A stretch of DNA of 62,970 bases, filler included, from Intoshia linei (GCA_001642005.1; 12 parts of 12 records of this genome joined end to end with filler, not necessarily neighbours in it); one strand, 5' to 3'; numbered from the whole stretch's first letter, positions 39,219 through 52,961 are shown. A program made the numbers and translations. Notes: generated by a model from the sequence alone, not told the origin.

Positions 39219-39337
39219 ACAATACGATACTTGGTCTTCCCAGGCGGTCACCCATCCAAGTACTAACCAAGCCCGAAGATGCTTAACTTCTGTGATCAAA
39301 CGAGAACAGGTGTTTCCATCTTGGTATGGCCGTATTG
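39219..39337 (-). rRNA. 5S ribosomal RNA
   Basis: CAATACGGCCATACC...GATCAC.GAAGTTAAGC...TTAGTACTTGGATGGGTGACCGCCTGGGAA...CGTATTG followed by a TTTTT Pol III terminator; terminal stem pairs; box A, IE and box C intact. Confidence 0.96.
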
Positions 39338-39908
39338 AAATGTTTATTCCAATTAAGTATTTAAAAAATTTCCAATACTCATAAAAATTTGTCAATTTAC
39401 AAACGAACATAATTGTACGTTGTTTGATATTATAATTTAGAGATGAAGTTTATTTTCTGATTTTGAAGTTGTCATAATGTAAAAATTCTGAATCTGAACT
39501 CAAGTTGAGTTACTCAACTGTTGAGTCTCAACATCCTTTTCAGTAATTGGACAGTACTAAACAATTCTAATTTAATGGTGTCCCATACTCACAAATTTTC
39601 GCTTTATGTCGGATAACCTATTTACTTTTAATCTGTTAAATTACATAAAAGTACTCGATGGACGTTCAGATTTGTGCATGAAGTGATTAATATTAAAAAG
39701 AAAAGTCGAACATTTTCAATTTAAATGTATTGCATTTCTAAATTACAAATTGTAATTAATTTACTGTTTAAAGTAAATTTATCAATTTAAAAATTAAGTG
39801 AAATATTCATAAATGAATTTATGAAAAAAATACTGAAATTAAATTCAACATAACTTAATAATTCATTTGCAATATTTTAAATTATATTTTCGTTCACATT
39901 GTATAAAA

Positions 39909-42634
39909 ATGATGCAGCAAAACTCTCAAGTGCCTTACTTTGTGTTGAGTAAATTAATATAAATGCCCATTTATATCTCTAAAACATTTAGATCAAAAAA
40001 CACAGCGAGATTCTGGATTTCAAGTTCAGATAAAAAATATACAAATGGCAGTGGTAGGTTTTCAAAACTATAAATTGGCATGATTGTGACTGTTACAATA
40101 AATATTTAGAGAATTGCAGATGTCATTAGAACATGCTTGGGACCTAGAGCAATGTTGAAAGTAAGATTGATAACTAACGTGATTAATATGTTTCTTTAGA
40201 TGTTAATGGATCCAATGGGAGGTGTTGTTTTGACTAACGATGGAAATTGTGTATTGAGAGAGGTTTGCATTTAATTTATATAGATTGATAATTTATAGAT
40301 AATGGTAGATCACCCTACAGCAAAATGTATGATTGAAATTGCTCGAACTCAAGATGAAGAGGTTGGAGACGGAACGACATCCGTCATTGTCTTGTGTTTA
40401 CTATTGTTGAAATAGTTGGCTTTACATTTATTTTAGCCGCAGAAATCTTATCAATTTGTGAAAAATTTGTTAATCAGAAAATACATCCTACTCATATTAT
40501 TTCAGCTCTTAGAACGGTTACAAAATATACATTGGAATGCTTAGATTCTATCAGGTATCGTTTTGGACTTAAGATTACATTAAATTTAATTTAAGCGTCA
40601 AAATTGATACCAATAATATACAAAGCGATGTAGTTAAAAATATTGTCAAATCTTCTTTGTACACTAAATTTAGTGAAGATTGGTTCGTTATATTTGAATT
40701 ATTATTTTTATACAAAATATAGGGTTGATTTTGCAGCTACAATGGCTATAAAAGCAGTTAATTATGTTAAAATTATTGAAAATAATAAGGTCCAAATTGA
40801 TGTCAAAAGATATGCTAAAGTTGAAAAGGTTTGGATTTAGTGATTTATTTACATTGTTATTAAGATACCTGGAGGAACATTTACAGATTCTCAAGTTTTG
40901 GATGGTGTTATGGTTAATAAGGATATTTTGCATCCTAAAATGAGGAGGTAATTACGTCCATTTGATGTATTTAATTCGTATAGGCGTATCATAAATCCGC
41001 GAATTTTATTATTAGATTGTTCTCTTGAATATAAAAAGGGTGAAAGCAAAGTACGTATTCATGTACAAAATTTTTAATTTTTTGTTTTTAGACTGAAGTT
41101 GAAATTAAGGATGAAAAATACTTTACGTAAATTAATGGTTAATTGATTTTATATGAATTTAGTCAACTTTTACACGAAGAAGAATTTTATATTAAAAAAT
41201 TATGCGATAAACTTATCGACGCAAAACCTGACTTGGTTGTTACTGAAAAAGGTGTTTCTGATTTGGCTCAACATTTCTTGACCAGAGCAAATATTTCAGT
41301 CTTGCGTAGAGTTCGAAAATCTGATAATCTCAGAATTGCTAGGTTTATATTTAAATTATTTATTATCTTTAATTTCACGGCATTTTTAAATAAATTTAAT
41401 TACATTTTTTATTTTAACGCAACATTGAAAGTAAAATTTGTAATGTAACAGTTTTATTACAATTTTTCTTTGCATTTTTTATTTAAGTACATTATTTTAG
41501 TTTGTGCGTTAAAAATTTTAATTAACGCTCTATTTGTATTTATTTTTTTAACGGGTGTATAATATAGTGTATATTGTTTCAAATTTAATTTTTATGTGAT
41601 GCGTTTAAAAATTAAAATTCAATATTTTATTTTAGAGCCACTGGCGCTACAATTTTGAATCAATTTGCTGATATTAAGGAAAGTCATATTGGAAAAAAAT
41701 GCGGATTATTTGAGGTTCGAAAGATTGGAGACGAGTAATTTAATCAAATTATTTTTCATTAAAAAATTTTTAATTTTGTCAAATAGCTACTTCAGTTTCA
41801 TTGTCGATTGCAAAGATCCAAATGCGTGTACCCTATTACTTAGAGGTGTTAGTAAAGACCTTATTAACGAATACGAGAGAAATTTGCATGATGCCATGTG
41901 CGTTGGAAGAAACATCATGATGAACGACAAAATATTGTATGGTGGCGGTTGTTGTGAAATGAAAATATCTGCGGTATTTTAATTGTTTATAAAATTTAAT
42001 TTTAAATAGCTTTTAAGAGAAAAAGCAAAAGAACACGTGGGTATGTTGAAGAAAGGATTCAATGCTGTAGCTAGTGCCCTAGAAATAATACCTAGCACAC
42101 TTATTTTAAATTGTGGTGGTAATATTATATCAAGAATGACTGAATTGAGAGTATAATAATCATGTTTTTTTACTTATTTTAAAAGTCGGAACACGTGTCA
42201 AATTCTAAATCGAATATGGGAATAAACGGATTAACTGGAAACATTACCAATATGGAGCAATTGAATGTTTATGATACGTTTTTGGTTAAACAACAAACTA
42301 TTAAAAGCGCTGTAGATGTAATTATACAATTTTAAACTAAACTTGTTAATCCATTTTTCTCGTTAGAGATGTACTGTAATATTCAAAATGAAATGAATGA
42401 TAATTTATTTATCATTTTAAAAAAATCTTTGAAACCCTTTTCTTAATGATAGTTTTTTACCATTTTTTTCAGTTTGTCTGTCGACATTGTCAATAAGCTA
42501 CATTTAAAATACTTTGAAAAAATTGTTGACACGTGCTCTATAATTATATTTTAATTGATATTTAGACTGCCATTTTGATTTTGAGAATCGACGATATTAT
42601 AACAGGCACCAAAAAACGAGAAGATGTTAAGTAA
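39909..42634 (+). CDS. CCT3: T-complex protein 1 subunit gamma (CCT/TRiC), 17 exons
   Basis: [28 protein letters not shown]; [14 protein letters not shown]; [12 protein letters not shown]; LEYKKGESK; [13 protein letters not shown]; [13 protein letters not shown]; [11 protein letters not shown]. 16 phase-consistent GT-AG introns. Confidence 0.97.
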
Positions 42635-42677
42635 TTAAAAGTTTATTAAATGAACTATTTTTGATTAATAAATTTTA

Positions 42678-43945
42678 TTAGTCATAGTTCAACATGATGT
42701 TATCATCGTGCATTTCATCAATTCTTTTTTTATGAATACCTCGTATTTTAATGAAACCTGGTGTAAATTTTACTGTAACGGTTTTTTGATCAACACTGAA
42801 AGGAAGTGTAATGTATTTTGAATATTTGTACACTGATTTAGATCCATCCATAAAAAGTTTTTCTTTTTTAATATCCAATATTAATTGTTTTCCATGGTGT
42901 ATTTCAACGTTTACATCATTAGGTTCGAAAATTTCGTCAATTTCAATATTTTCAATGTATTCGTTGTGATTTTCTATACTATTCATTATGTTTGTATCAA
43001 CATATACATGTTCAACATGGCTTTTGTTTTTAGACAATTTATCAATGTTGGTTTGCATTAAAGTTTTTATATTTGTATTTTCTCCTGTGTTTAATGTTAT
43101 TTTATTTCGAAAATACACATTTTCCTTGTTTGGTATTACATTTCGACTTTTGCGTATTTTTGTATATGACGGACGAATTATAAACTGTTTTTCTTTATTT
43201 GGCATTTTTTCTGTCTCTCCCAAATTGAAACATTGTCGGCTTATTTCTGGCTTTATTTTATCCTGTTTAATTATTCTTTCTATTATTAATATACCACCGT
43301 CGTACAATCGACAAACTAATGAATTTGGGTCTACAATCGTGGATATTTTGTACTTTTTAATTAAATCTAAATTATATTTTATACTAATCTAATATTTGTG
43401 CAACTAAAAACTCCATTTTATAATGATCACAGACCAGTGCATAGGTAGCATATATTAAATTCATTTTATGATCGTTTTTTACTATTTTTAACAAGACTAA
43501 TTAAACAAATCTAGATCACTAACCGGGATCCCATTGTCAACTATAAATATCTTTAAAATGGATTGGTTGATAGACCTAATATTAATATGAAATTTTAATC
43601 TTGTTTTGTTAAGTTTCAAATACACTGGTGTATTGTTTAATCCAAGGAGGTCTAATTTTTTATCACAGACCGCCAATTTCATTTGAAACGTTAGCCAAAT
43701 ACTATCACTATTTCCTTTATATGGTCTTAATTTAATTTTTGGAAGATGTGTGTTTTAACTATATTTATGAGCTAAGGGGTTTGTTTTAAAATTACCATTG
43801 GATGATTTCGTTCTTACTTCAATGAATCCACTATCCGCATAAACTTGTATATCATTGTAAGCTGTATCCCCAATGTTGATTGAAATTTTAAATAATGCGT
43901 TTTCTTCAGTATTTTTAAAATTTATTTTGGCTGATTCTGTTTTTC
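42678..43945 (-). CDS. Small heat-shock/alpha-crystallin-domain protein with apparently three ACD-like repeats; one in-frame TAA at 43755-43757
   Basis: FKISINIG...IQVY...IEV...KYS*NTHLP; LKFHINI...KKYKISTIVDPNSLVCRLYDGGILII; IEIDEIFEPNDVNVEI...KYSKYITLPFSVDQKTVTVKF. 5' end and middle splice junction unresolved. Confidence 0.62.
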
Positions 43946-44526
43946 TAATTGTAATATTTTAAATTTACTTATATACATTACGGTATACCAAAACAATATT
44001 GCTATAAAAGTAAAATCATATCCAACAACCATGAAAAATGACAGTGCGTTCGAATAATCATTATTTAATATTCATATTATTTATTAACGCACTGTACATT
44101 AGGGTGCCACACACATCTGAATTTTAATTGTGCGTAGTGAAAATTCGTTGCTCTTAAGCAATATATTCACTGTGTTGTTTTTAAAATTAACTAAAATGAT
44201 TTGCTTGATCCGCAGGCTTTAATCAAAGTTTTACAAAATTCTTAAAAAAATTTGGAACGAATAAACATCAGTTCAAACTATTTTACAAGGTTACTTACTA
44301 CCACATGGTTTCAGTCCTCATTTTGTTAGAATCATGTCAAATAGAAACGGAAATAATATCGTCGGTCATTTTTACGGTTTAANNNNNNNNNNNNNNNNNN
44401 NNNNNNNNNNNNNNNNNNNNNNNNNNTTAATTAATTAANNNNNNNNNNNNNNNNNNNNNNNNNNNNNNNNNNNNNNNNNNNNCCCATAGGACGAGGCATA
44501 AAAAGTATTTTAATTTTTATTGTAAA

Positions 44527-44660
44527 GTGGAAAATTGTGTTTATTGTTGTGACTTAATTGGACTAATGAAAGAAATTAATGTGAAGTATATACCAGAAAA
44601 TTGGTATATCTTCATTGATTCAAACAAAGTCAGCTTCAAATGTATATTAATTGATTCGAC
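44527..44660 (+). mobile_element. DDE transposase relic (same family as the HGERFHQ fragments)
   Basis: VYCCDLIGLM...YIPENWYIFIDSNKVSFKCILI motif around the first catalytic D. Confidence 0.7.
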
Positions 44661-47600
44661 TGCAACATATCCTTATTCAAACTTATTAAAGATTAACATT
44701 AAACAGTTTATTAAACATTCAAATGACAAACAAATCGCTGGAATATTGTTTTATTATATTAAAATTTCATTTTAACCAATTAATATAAATACATATTAAT
44801 GTTTATTTCATTGGTTTTTTGGGTGGGATATATTTGTATCACTATCATATTTTGCATTGTGACGTTTTGAATGTCTACCAAGGCCTAAGGTCGACAATCC
44901 ACTGCAGAATATAATTTTTTTCAAAACTTGCACTGTTTTATCACCTTTAATTTTATCGAAATGTGGGATATTATTTATTTTATAATTTTTTAAATATAAA
45001 AATCTAAATAAAAATTTTCTCAAAAAAAAATTTGGCTAGGTACAGTATGGCGAGTTATTAACACTATGCTTGTGGTAACACTTCAAATTTGTTAGCATTT
45101 CTGTATTTTCCGACTACACTGTACTGTATGACATTTGTATTATAATTATGATAATATATTTTATAGAAAATATATAAAGTAAATAAAATGCAGTTTTAAT
45201 TAAATGTAGCTATAAAAACATAATGGCGGAATTATAAAATATCTGATTTAGTTTATTTTATATATAGGATGAAAAAATCTGCAGGTATTTTATTTTTTAC
45301 ATACTTCAACACTATAAGTGTTATATGCTTCATATGCTGTAATTGGAAAATATAGAAATGTTAACAAATTTTAAATGTAACCAAACGCATTGTTATTGAC
45401 ATTATTCTTTATTATAAGTGCAGTGTTATACATTTTGATTAGTTATGATTACCATTTGGTATAATTTTATACATTTTCTAAAATAAATCCCATCTGTATT
45501 ATATACAATTCAGTACTGTATTTTCTATTTTTTTTAAATAATGAAAAATACTTTCTTTTAGTCAAAGAATGTCATGTATTTATAGTGAACTTTGAAAAAT
45601 TAGTTGTGCGTTCTTTGATCGTGTTCTCAGCTTCCATACGATATTGGAAAGATTAATCAACATTTTTGTGAAATTCACTTTGTAAAAAAGTGTCAAAATA
45701 AATTTACATACCTTAACGAGATAGTTGAATGTGAATAATACATTTTACTGCTAATAATTACCATGATATGATGCAGCGAGATATTTAAAAAAATTTCAAA
45801 CCAAATTTTACTCATTATTCTCAATTTCTACATAGATCCCATATGCCCATGAGATCCAATTTGCCAGTCCTGGTTTAGGGGGTTCATTAGGGTCTAGTAA
45901 ATTGTAAAATTACTAAAAATATCCTGTATACTTCAAAATTAATTAAATAATTAATTCTTTTAAATGGGTCACCTCAAAAATTTGTGTAAATCATTTAATT
46001 TTTATATTTCGCTTGTTAAAATTTAATTTAATCTTGTTATTAACTTGCCAAACCTTAATTTTATATTTTATTATCAATTATATTCATCTCAGTTATGCCT
46101 TCAATATTAAAAGTTTAAATTTATTAAAAAAAATTAAAAATGAAAATGTCAGTCATCGGCCAGGTGATTTACGTTTGTATGTATTACAAAACAATAAATC
46201 TAATTATATATATACATAGCATTTATAAAGTCAATTATTGAAAAATATTGAAATAACGTGAAATTAGAATCAAAATATTTCAATAAAAAAAAATATATGT
46301 TCTTGTCATCAAAAATATATTATATTTTTTAAAATTAATTTCATATTAGTTACGATTTACCTATTTTCTTATGAATAGTTTAAAATGTACGCAATCGAAC
46401 ACTCTAGATACGCATAAATGCTGATTTAATAATAATTTTGATTTTCTTTAATTTAACCGATTTTTTAAAAAATTAAAAATTAATTGTTATGACGATTATT
46501 CAGATTTGATTCAGATTATTCGCTTTTGTCTTTTTGTCTGTTCCAGTTTATTTAAGAAAGTAATAGACGTAGAGTTTTAAGAATACCCATTTCTAGTACA
46601 GTTTTTCAAAAATTGAGTCCTTTAAGGTCTAAAAAACCCCCAAGTATCCTTTTTTTAAAATTCGAACGAGTCCTAGAATTTTATACAACATATTAGGTCG
46701 TTTTTTAACAAAATTAAAAAGTTTATTTGATTACATTAAAAATANNNNNNNNNNNNNNNNNNNNNNNNNNNNNNNNNNNNNNNNNNNNTTAATTAATTAA
46801 NNNNNNNNNNNNNNNNNNNNNNNNNNNNNNNNNNNNNNNNNNNNATCTAGACTTTATTGTTTTATATAGTAAGAATGTTTTAAAACGTGATAATACTTTC
46901 AGCACTGCTAACTTAGACATACATTCAAAGATATCTATAAAAAAAGCAAAAAATGTATGCTAAATTTTGAACAAGAAATAATAAAGATGATGACAGAAAT
47001 ATGGGATGTTTCTAGGAGTGATATATTTAAATGGCAAATTTATTGCAACAAATATGTTATAACTATATATTATATCTATAAAATAAAGCTTTTAAATTAT
47101 TGCGTATGTCTTTTGAAGTTTTGACGAATTTTAAAATTACTACACTATTTCATATTTATTTTCTTATTGTTTTAACATACAAACATTTATAATTAACTTA
47201 TTTTTGAATTAGTCATGTCTCGTCTACATATCATATTTTTTAAAAGTTACTAATAATAGCTTAATGTTACTAAACTCAGTCGTTATATTATTAAAAAAAT
47301 TGTTATAGTGAGGAGAGATTATATTTAAATATACTAATTATTAAATTAAAGTTAAAATTTTAACATATTCAAAAGTATGATGTTAATTAAATAATTTATT
47401 TGCTTTTTACTACTTTGTTAAATAGTTAAAATATATTAATTTTTACCGTTACATTCAGTTTTTGATTGATTTAATAAATATCCCAATTTACATTGAACAC
47501 ATACATGAATATTATTTGAGTGATATTTTCTACAATGTTTAACTAAAAAAAATATAGTGTAATTAACCTACATGATTTTTATAATAAATGTAACTTTTTA

Positions 47601-48871
47601 AGCAATCAAAACATTTTTNTTATTAAATTAAAGTTAAAATTTTAACATATTCAAAAGTATGATGTTAATTAAACAATTTATTTGCTTTTTTACCACTTTG
47701 TTAAATAGTTAAAATATATTAATTTTTACCTTTACATTCATTTTTTGATTTATTTAATAAATATCCCAAATTACATTGATCACATATATGAATATTATGT
47801 GAGGGATATTTTAAACAATGTTTAACTAAAAAAAATATAGTGTAATTAACCTACATTATTTTTATAATAAATGTAACTTTTTACACAATCAAAACATTTT
47901 TTATAAAGAATTTTAAATTTTGTTAATAATAAATTAATACATATCAATACAACTATTTTTTTAATTCTAGTTTACAATAAATGAGATAATCGTCTTTATT
48001 ATTTTGCGAATGCATATTATANNNNNNNNNNNNNNNNNNNNNNNNNNNNNNNNNNNNNNNNNNNNTTAATTAATTAANNNNNNNNNNNNNNNNNNNNNNN
48101 NNNNNNNNNNNNNNNNNNNNNGCAAACAGTGCGTCCTCTAATTTATCGATGTATTAACGATTACCTATATGCTTAATAGTGTACAATCAGAAAAGACCAA
48201 AAAACATCAATTTTACGTTAATTTTTTAATTTTCAATTCTTATTTAATGTTAAACGTGCTCTATACAATGCTTTGTCATTCAGCACACATTCCAGGCTGT
48301 AGTAAATAATTTTCAGTGACACCTAAAAATATTGTGATTATATTTATTTAAAATTATTATCGAATGGACCTCGATCATGGTATTAACGACTCTGAAATAA
48401 ATTATTGTATTGTAATTAAATAGATTAATTTTATCATCGATTTTATTTTACTTTAAAAATTTAGCCGAATGCTACAATATGCAGGTTATACGCGTTCGAA
48501 TATGAAAGATATATTCTAAAATTTGAGGTATTTAAATTTTAACATTGAATGCAAACAAATAAATTTAGAAACAAATAACACTTGAATATACGAAAAAATT
48601 CTGTTTTAGAGCCGTTAAGAGAGAACAAATTGAAATGGTTGGTATTTATTAAAGTATTTAGTGTTTCTTTGAGTTTAGTTTATTTAAATTTAAGTCAAGT
48701 AAAATCTATACAGTAGAATCTAACGAGTAGATTCTCCACTATTCGTTCAAAAAAATTTAATTATATGATTTTCAAACCAACCTCCGTTATCCTCCACAAA
48801 TTTTTTAAAATAAATTAACAAATATTTTTATAAAATTTACACTATTTGAACCGGGCCACTTATTTATATAG

Positions 48872-49645
48872 AAATTTTTTATGCGATCTCGATAAAAATG
48901 TAATACTGATATTATGAATTAATTTTAATTGTAGTGTGCACAGACAGTCAAACCAGCAATAAAATTAATTGTGAAAAATGGGAGTTCAGTAATATGCGCA
49001 TTGCGCAATAAACATAAGATTTATACAATTCTACTTTTTAGATTTTTTATTATTCATGCATGTACTTTCACCATGTGCAACTTAATTTGAAGGTAATTTT
49101 CAAGTCAGTCATTTTTATTTTATTATTAATATAGGTGTACAAACTTAAAATGAACTATCTTCTTAGTTTAGTGGACTATAGTACTTTATGATTTATTTAC
49201 ATCATTACTTTACAAAAATAATAATGTTAATTAAAATAATAAAATTTTTATTTTTAGATAAAATTACAAAATTTTTAAATGATCATCAACAATTTATAAA
49301 AAATGATATAATTCCAATTATTGGCAATTTTATTTGCTTATCACAGACAGTAATTTAATCTCTAACTTCTTAATCATTATTTAGTGTTACAATATGACCG
49401 TTTACTCGATAAATAGATATATGGATGCATTTGTAACTATTATATAATCCTTTTTTATAATATTTTAGATTAATCATTTTCATGGAATATTCAATAATAG
49501 TATATATTGGCAATATTTTTAATGTTTTTTAGATGTCTATCTTATTTATAAACATTTATCATTTTATCGTTATTATAATAAAGATAATAATTATTTAGCA
49601 GTCATTTTTTTGATTCAATTGATGATTAAATTATATTTTAACTGA
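48872..49645 (+). CDS. Putative orphan protein-coding gene with micro-introns (5' incomplete)
   Basis: Seven GT-AG introns (35, 53, 42, 77, 35, 36, 33 nt) join eight exons in one stop-free frame: NFLCDLDKN|CAQTVKPAIKLIVKNGSS|IFYYSCMYFHHVQLNLK|VYKLKMNYLLSLVDY|NKITKFL...CLSQT|CYNMTVYSINRYMDAF|INHFHGIFNN|NVYL... Confidence 0.6.
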
Positions 49646-49706
49646 TATTATATATTATTTAAATATTAATCTATTGACTTTTATATTATAATTATTACTT
49701 TTTAGN

Positions 49707-50508
49707 AATATGAAAGATATATTCTAAAATTTGAGGTATTTAAATTTTAACATTGAATGCAAACAAATAAATTTAGAAAAAAATAACACTTGAATATACG
49801 AAAAGATTCTGTTTTAGAGCCGTTAAGAGAGAACAAATTGAAATGGTTTGTATTTATTAAAGTATTTAGTGTTTTTTTGAGTTTAGTTTATTTAAATTTA
49901 AGTCAAGTAAAATCTATACAGTAGAATCTAACGAGTAGATTCTCTACTATTCGTTCAAAAAAATTTAATTATATGATTTTTAAACCAACCTCCGTTATCC
50001 TCCACAAATTTTTCAAAATAAATTAACAAATATTTTCATAAAATTTACACTATTTGAACCGGGCCACTTATTTATATAGAAATTTTTTATGCGATCTCGA
50101 TAAAAATGTAATACTGATATTATGAATTAATTTTAATTGTAGTGTGCACAGACAGTCAAACCAGCAATAAAATTAATTGTGAAAAATGGGAGTTCATCAG
50201 TAATATGCGCATTGCGCAATAAACATAAGATTTATACAATTCTACTTTTTAGATTTTTTATAATATTTTAGATTAATAATTTTCATGGAATATTAAATGA
50301 AAGTATATTTTGGCAATATTTTTAATGTTTTTTAGATGTATATCTTATTTATAAACATTTATCATTTTATCGTTATTATAATAAAGATAATAATTATTTA
50401 GCAGTCATTTTTTTGATTCAATTAATGATTAAATTATATTTTAACTGATATTATATATTATTTAAATATTAATCTATCGACTTTTCTATTATAATTATTA
50501 CTTTTTAG
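49707..50508 (+). repeat. Diverged duplicate of 48498-49705 with ~0.4-kb internal deletion
   Basis: Direct sequence match; joined at a single N (49706). Confidence 0.85.
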
Positions 50509-52961
50509 TTAAATCTATAATGATGGAATTACTAGATTTTGCTATAAAATTTTTCAATGCATTAGAACATATTAGAATACATTAGAATAATATGTCAATT
50601 TTTATTTTATTCATATCAATAAAATTTAATGTCATGTTTTTACATTTCCATCTGTTTGTCAGTTAGTAGTTCGTCATCATTAGTATACCACATCTATCAA
50701 ATAACAATTATAATATTTATTCAAAGTACAGTGCCAGGAAAAAGTCTTGAGTCCCCCTACGCAATTTTATATTTTGATCGATAGCGCAGAACCAGTCATT
50801 CGATTGCTAAATTCTTTAAAAGAACATAATATACATGCAGTTGAATAGATTTGATATTATGCTTAATCGTGTAATAGAATAAAAATTATTGGAAATATTT
50901 TTAAGACACAAAAGTTTTAAGCCCCTTTAATTATTATAATTATATGGTAATTTTTTAATTTACGTTGATTATAATTCATTACTAACCCTTAGACACCAAA
51001 ATATNNNNNNNNNNNNNNNNATATACATGCAGTTGCATAGATTTGATATTATGCTTAATCGTGTAATAGAATAAAAATTATTAGAAATATTTTTAAGACA
51101 CAAAAGTTTTAAGCCCCTTTAATTATTATAATTATTTGGGTAATTTTTTAATTTACGTTGATTATAATTCATTACTAACCCTTAGACACCAAAATATCCT
51201 ATTTGAGAATTTAAAAATTACGAAAATATAAAATGTAAAAACAAAATGAGATATCCATCATCGCATTAAAATATAAACACACCCATTTATCTATTATTTT
51301 AATTTTTTTGATACGCATGAAATAATACAAATTGATGACATTAGGGTGTCCACTAGGGTGTTAACTTTTTTTAAATCAAAAATACAGGGATCTGGCTAAT
51401 ACTAATACTACAGGGTGAGAAATATACACTTAAGAGTCGTGGTATATTTTTTAAGCTTAAATTTTGAAAAGGTCCGGCCACCCCAGCAAATTAGTTATTA
51501 TAAATATAATTTTTAAACCTTAACATTTAATTTATTTTAATTGCTGTTACCATAATTTTAATTTTTTAATTTGATATCAAGTTGGTATAATGCAGGAATT
51601 CCGACTTTCTTCACGGCGAACCATTAAAGCGAAATTGCTACCATTAATAAAAATTTGATAAAAAACGTAATAAATTATAATTAGACTTCTAATTGGAAAA
51701 TAATTTTCACAGAACTGTACTACTCCGCGGAGCAGCATTTGGGAAATCCTTGTATCACATGTCGTATAATAACTCTTATAATCAGAATTATCGTTCTGGA
51801 AATATAGTAATAAGGTTTAAGCCAAATATCGTTTTTTCACGCCTTACTTCTCTAGAAACCGGTCTTTTTTAAAGATGTATGAATTCCTTATAATTAAGTA
51901 ATTAAAACTATACATATTATTTATTATCACACACAAAACTCAAAATGAATGTCTTGAAAACTAAAATAAATGAGCTAGAAATGAATTTAAAAAAACAAAA
52001 TGGTTTAAAAAGCATGCTAAACACATCAAAGAAATTACCAACATAATTATTNNNNNNNNNNNNNNNNNNNNNNNNNNNNNNNNNNNNNNNNNNNNTTAAT
52101 TAATTAANNNNNNNNNNNNNNNNNNNNNNNNNNNNNNNNNNNNNNNNNNNNTTCCCTTTCCAATCATATATAATAATCCATATATGTACTTTATTTAACA
52201 TTTCTTTCGTCGAACATCGAACTTTAGGCGTATTTTAAACAAAATCTGGACGTGATGCAAAAACACTGATTATACCATCTTGTTCAGAATAAAAATCTCT
52301 TCCAGGTGCACTAAATTTTATTCTTGCACCGAGAAAAAGTTGTTATTTTGTTCAATTTCATTTTGTTTGTTGAAACAGTTCAATTTTTATTATAATATAA
52401 AATAGGGAATAGTTTGTTTAAATAAGATAAATATAGCCATTGCCGTTATTGCAATTATAGCAACAATGGGAAAAATAACTCTACCCTAGAAACCCGTTTG
52501 AGAAAAACACATGCTGATCAGTCAGAAATTTGTAATAGTTGAAAACTACTGAAACAAGAATATAATACTACTAAAATACAGCCAAGTATTAGTCAATTCT
52601 TTATACCAAAGTTACTAAATCTGATAGTTATCCAAGGACAGCTTAACCCAGGACGAAATACAAGGTGTTCTAGTAAAAAAAATTATTTTAGGATATAAGA
52701 AGGGTTATTAATCAATCAAATTGAAAAAAACTTGATATTTTTAATTTAAATGATTTATCTGAAGATTGTGAAATTCTATTAGTTTGTCCCTAGTTTTTAA
52801 TAATTTTAAAAAGACCTAACTTTATTTCAATTTGATGAAATATTGATATTTTCCTATTAGTAAAGGAAAAAGAGAAAGACACTCTTAACGTAGAGGGAAT
52901 AAGGGTAAATTCCTAATAGATTTAAAACATTTAATCTTTTTTCAGTTATTTTCTACTTATT

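Noticed and set aside
39174-39410. 78-aa ORF
   Set aside because: Spurious translation across the 5S rRNA gene
42988-43392. 134-aa hydrophobic + strand ORF (similar antisense ORFs at 33657, 37958, 40688, 60960)
   Set aside because: Antisense shadows of real coding sequence in AT-rich DNA
43755-43757. Genome-wide stop-codon reassignment
   Set aside because: CACNB, CCDC166, NDUFB7, MTERF3 and CCT3 all terminate at TAA and have no internal stops; the standard code fits
47337-47902. ~280-bp tandem duplication (similar cases at 50830-51195 and 56222-56770)
   Set aside because: Each is joined at an N or short gap; most likely uncollapsed haplotypes or overlaps
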